A DNA stretch of 34,859 nt from a virus (lineage: Duplodnaviria > Caudoviricetes), in IMG/VR virus record IMGVR_UViG_3300042342_000059, positions 1 to 34,859 of that record; one strand, written 5' to 3'. Both the position numbers and the translations under genes were made by a program. The notes beneath the pieces were generated by a model, which saw nothing but the letters and a program-made list of their open reading frames with translations, ran no database searches and was not told the DNA's origin. Positions 33,307 through 34,859 of the stretch are shown here, piece by piece; position 1 is the first letter of the stretch, and the number at the start of each line of letters is the position of its first letter.

Positions 33307-33840
33307 ATGAGCCTAATTAAAATTCAACAAGAATTAAAAGCACCTAAAAATCAATTTAACGCTTTTGCTAAATACAAGTACCGAAGTGCAGAAGATATAA
33401 TCGAAGCTGCAAAACCTATCTGCCATAAGTACGGCTACGCTTTAATGTTAAGCGACGAGGTAATAGAAGTAGGCGGTCGAGTTTATGTAAAGGCTACGGC
33501 TTGTCTAAATAACGGAGAGGACAACATAACTTGTACTGGGTTAGCGCGTGAAGAGGAAAACAAAAAGGGAATGGACGCTTCACAAATTACCGGAGCAGCA
33601 AGTAGCTACGCCAGGAAGTACGCACTTAACGGACTATTTGCAATAGACGATACAAAAGATGCAGACGCTACTAACGAACATAAGGACGAAGTAAGCGAAG
33701 GGCAAAAGGCATTCTTGATTGAAGCACTTGATAAGACAAAGTTTACTGAAGATCAAAAAGTAAAGGCTGCTTTGAAAATCAATGCCATCAAGACCTTAGA
33801 AGAGTTTAACAAGATTAAAGAAACAATTAAAAAAAGCTAA
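33307..33840 (+). CDS. erf: ERF-family single-strand annealing recombinase
   Basis: IQQELKAPKNQFN..YKYRSAEDI, SQITGAASSYARKYALNGLFAIDD. Confidence 0.9.
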   Translation: MSLIKIQQELKAPKNQFNAFAKYKYRSAEDIIEAAKPICHKYGYALMLSDEVIEVGGRVYVKATACLNNGEDNITCTGLAREEENKKGMDASQITGAASSYARKYALNGLFAIDDTKDADATNEHKDEVSEGQKAFLIEALDKTKFTEDQKVKAALKINAIKTLEEFNKIKETIKKS

Positions 33841-33841
33841 T

Positions 33842-34081
33842 ATGAAAACCGCAATGCAAGATTTTATTGATAATAACTTTTATATAGATGGAGATGGAGA
33901 ATACATTTTAAAATGGGTTGAAGATACACCTCTAACTGACGAAATAAATAAAGCACTTAAAAAAGAAAAAGCGCAATTTGTAGATTTTTTAGAATGGATT
34001 GAAGTAGCAGATATAAAATATCAATTAAATAATAAAAAAATAGTAGAACAATATTACACAGACCCAATTAAAAAAAGCTAA
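33842..34081 (+). CDS. Hypothetical protein in a direct-repeat-flanked cassette
   Basis: MKTAMQ..ALKKEKAQ; flanked by the 18-bp repeat CAATTAAAAAAAGCTAAT. Confidence 0.65.
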   Translation: MKTAMQDFIDNNFYIDGDGEYILKWVEDTPLTDEINKALKKEKAQFVDFLEWIEVADIKYQLNNKKIVEQYYTDPIKKS

Positions 34082-34317
34082 TGAAAGAATTGCTACCATT
34101 TGAAAGGCAGATATTACTTGCAGAAGTTTACCACTACGCTTGGTATAACGAAGAGGCTTACTCAGACCTTTTAGCGTTTATAGATAAGTATCAAACCATT
34201 TTAGATAAACCAGTATTTTTAACCCAAATCCCAAACAATGACACAGAAACAACAAATCTTGAACCACTTGCTTTCGGGCAAAACATTGACACCAATCCAG
34301 GCTCTAACGAAATTTAA
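34081..34317 (+). CDS. Hypothetical protein
   Basis: TAATG-coupled to the upstream ORF. Confidence 0.55.
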   Translation: MKELLPFERQILLAEVYHYAWYNEEAYSDLLAFIDKYQTILDKPVFLTQIPNNDTETTNLEPLAFGQNIDTNPGSNEI

Positions 34318-34447
34318 TAGCCTGAGATTATCGGCAGTTATCTTTGAATTAAAACGCAAAGGATATAAGATACAGTCCGACTTAATTAACGTAGGTAATA
34401 AGAAACAACCTAAATTTGTAAGTAAATATTCACTAATAAAAAAGTAA
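34238..34447 (+). CDS. Winged HTH DNA-binding protein (HTH_39-like)
   Basis: TQKQQILNHLLSGKTLTPIQAL..RLSAVIFELKRKGYKI. Confidence 0.75.
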   Translation: MTQKQQILNHLLSGKTLTPIQALTKFNSLRLSAVIFELKRKGYKIQSDLINVGNKKQPKFVSKYSLIKK

Positions 34448-34450
34448 AAA

Positions 34451-34645
34451 ATGGAACAAAAAAAATGGAGTGCAGGTGCTTGGAAAAAGCAAACCGCTAA
34501 AGGAGAAGTAATTAATTTTACAATCAATGATGTTAAGTATTCAATGTGGGTTAATGCTTACAAGACAGAGGATAAGCAACCAGATTACAAGATTTATGTA
34601 AATGATTTCAAACCTAAAGAAGACACGGAAGGATTGCCGTTTTAA
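34451..34645 (+). CDS. 64-aa SSB-like protein (DUF736-like) with acidic LPF tail
   Basis: GAWKKQTAKG..NAYKTEDKQPDYKI..EDTEGLPF. Confidence 0.6.
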   Translation: MEQKKWSAGAWKKQTAKGEVINFTINDVKYSMWVNAYKTEDKQPDYKIYVNDFKPKEDTEGLPF

Positions 34646-34647
34646 TT

Positions 34648-34859
34648 ATGCTAACTAAAAATAGAGATGTTTCAATAAGACAACTAAAGGAGTTGTACTA
34701 TGCTCAACGTAATACCCACGTTAAATTGCACGAAATGATGTCGCAGTTAGGGTTGTTAGGCTTAGAAGACAACGAGCCTTTAGGTGCGGATATAGGTGCG
34801 AGAAGCATCGTTAAATTAGTTGAAGAGGTATTTGAATGCGATATATCAAGAAGGGATAG
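34648..34859 (+). CDS. 5' part of the DnaA domain IV-like gene (continues through the junction to 344)
   Basis: ATG 34648 MLTKNRDVSIRQLKELYYAQRNTHVKLHE is in frame with MMSQLG at 34735. Confidence 0.75.
   Translation, partial: MLTKNRDVSIRQLKELYYAQRNTHVKLHEMMSQLGLLGLEDNEPLGADIGARSIVKLVEEVFECDISRRD
34733..34859. repeat. Terminal direct repeat, copy 2
   Basis: Identical to 1-127. Confidence 0.95.

Noticed and set aside
883-34527. Minus-strand ORFs in the track (e.g. 5283-5726, 16813-17190, 18022-18369)
   Set aside because: All shadow well-supported + strand genes, have antisense-typical composition and show no motifs.
34733-34859. 127-bp terminal repeat as a biological DTR
   Set aside because: The length matches a common assembler k-mer and the repeat lies mid-gene; it indicates circularity, not physical ends.
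1-34859. Integrated prophage or alternative genetic code
   Set aside because: There is no integrase or host flank, and standard-code ORFs tile the genome using all three stop codons.

Overview
The window is a complete, circularly assembled ~34.7 kb tailed phage genome. The first 127 bp repeat at 34733-34859, giving a unit length of 34,732 bp. It is AT-rich, uses the standard code, and every credible gene is on the + strand. The host is probably a Bacteroidota bacterium, judging by TAnnTTTG promoters and A-rich starts without Shine-Dalgarno sites. The modules are: early/recombination genes (ERF, HTH, mini SSB-like, DnaA domain IV protein); replication initiator and putative loader; C5 DNA methyltransferase; VRR-NUC; sigma-like factor; an LpxA-like acyltransferase with two glycosyltransferases; HNH/TerS/TerL; an island of membrane micro-ORFs; a siphovirus-like structural block in permuted order; a tail fibre with an S74 chaperone; a NUMOD4-HNH; and an expanded lysis cassette. 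I found no integrase, polymerase, tRNA or CRISPR array. The most notable observations are: (1) the methyltransferase is overprinted by a 358-aa second-frame protein that supplies the missing motif IX, three LLPTPT modules and an HTH; (2) a kissing-loop two-hairpin attenuator-like leader precedes the replication initiator; (3) an array of about eight different dyads is tiled before the early promoter; (4) a hidden -1 frameshift product of the tail chaperone; (5) a portal fused to winged-helix and MuF-like domains. All calls come from reading motifs by eye; no searches were run.
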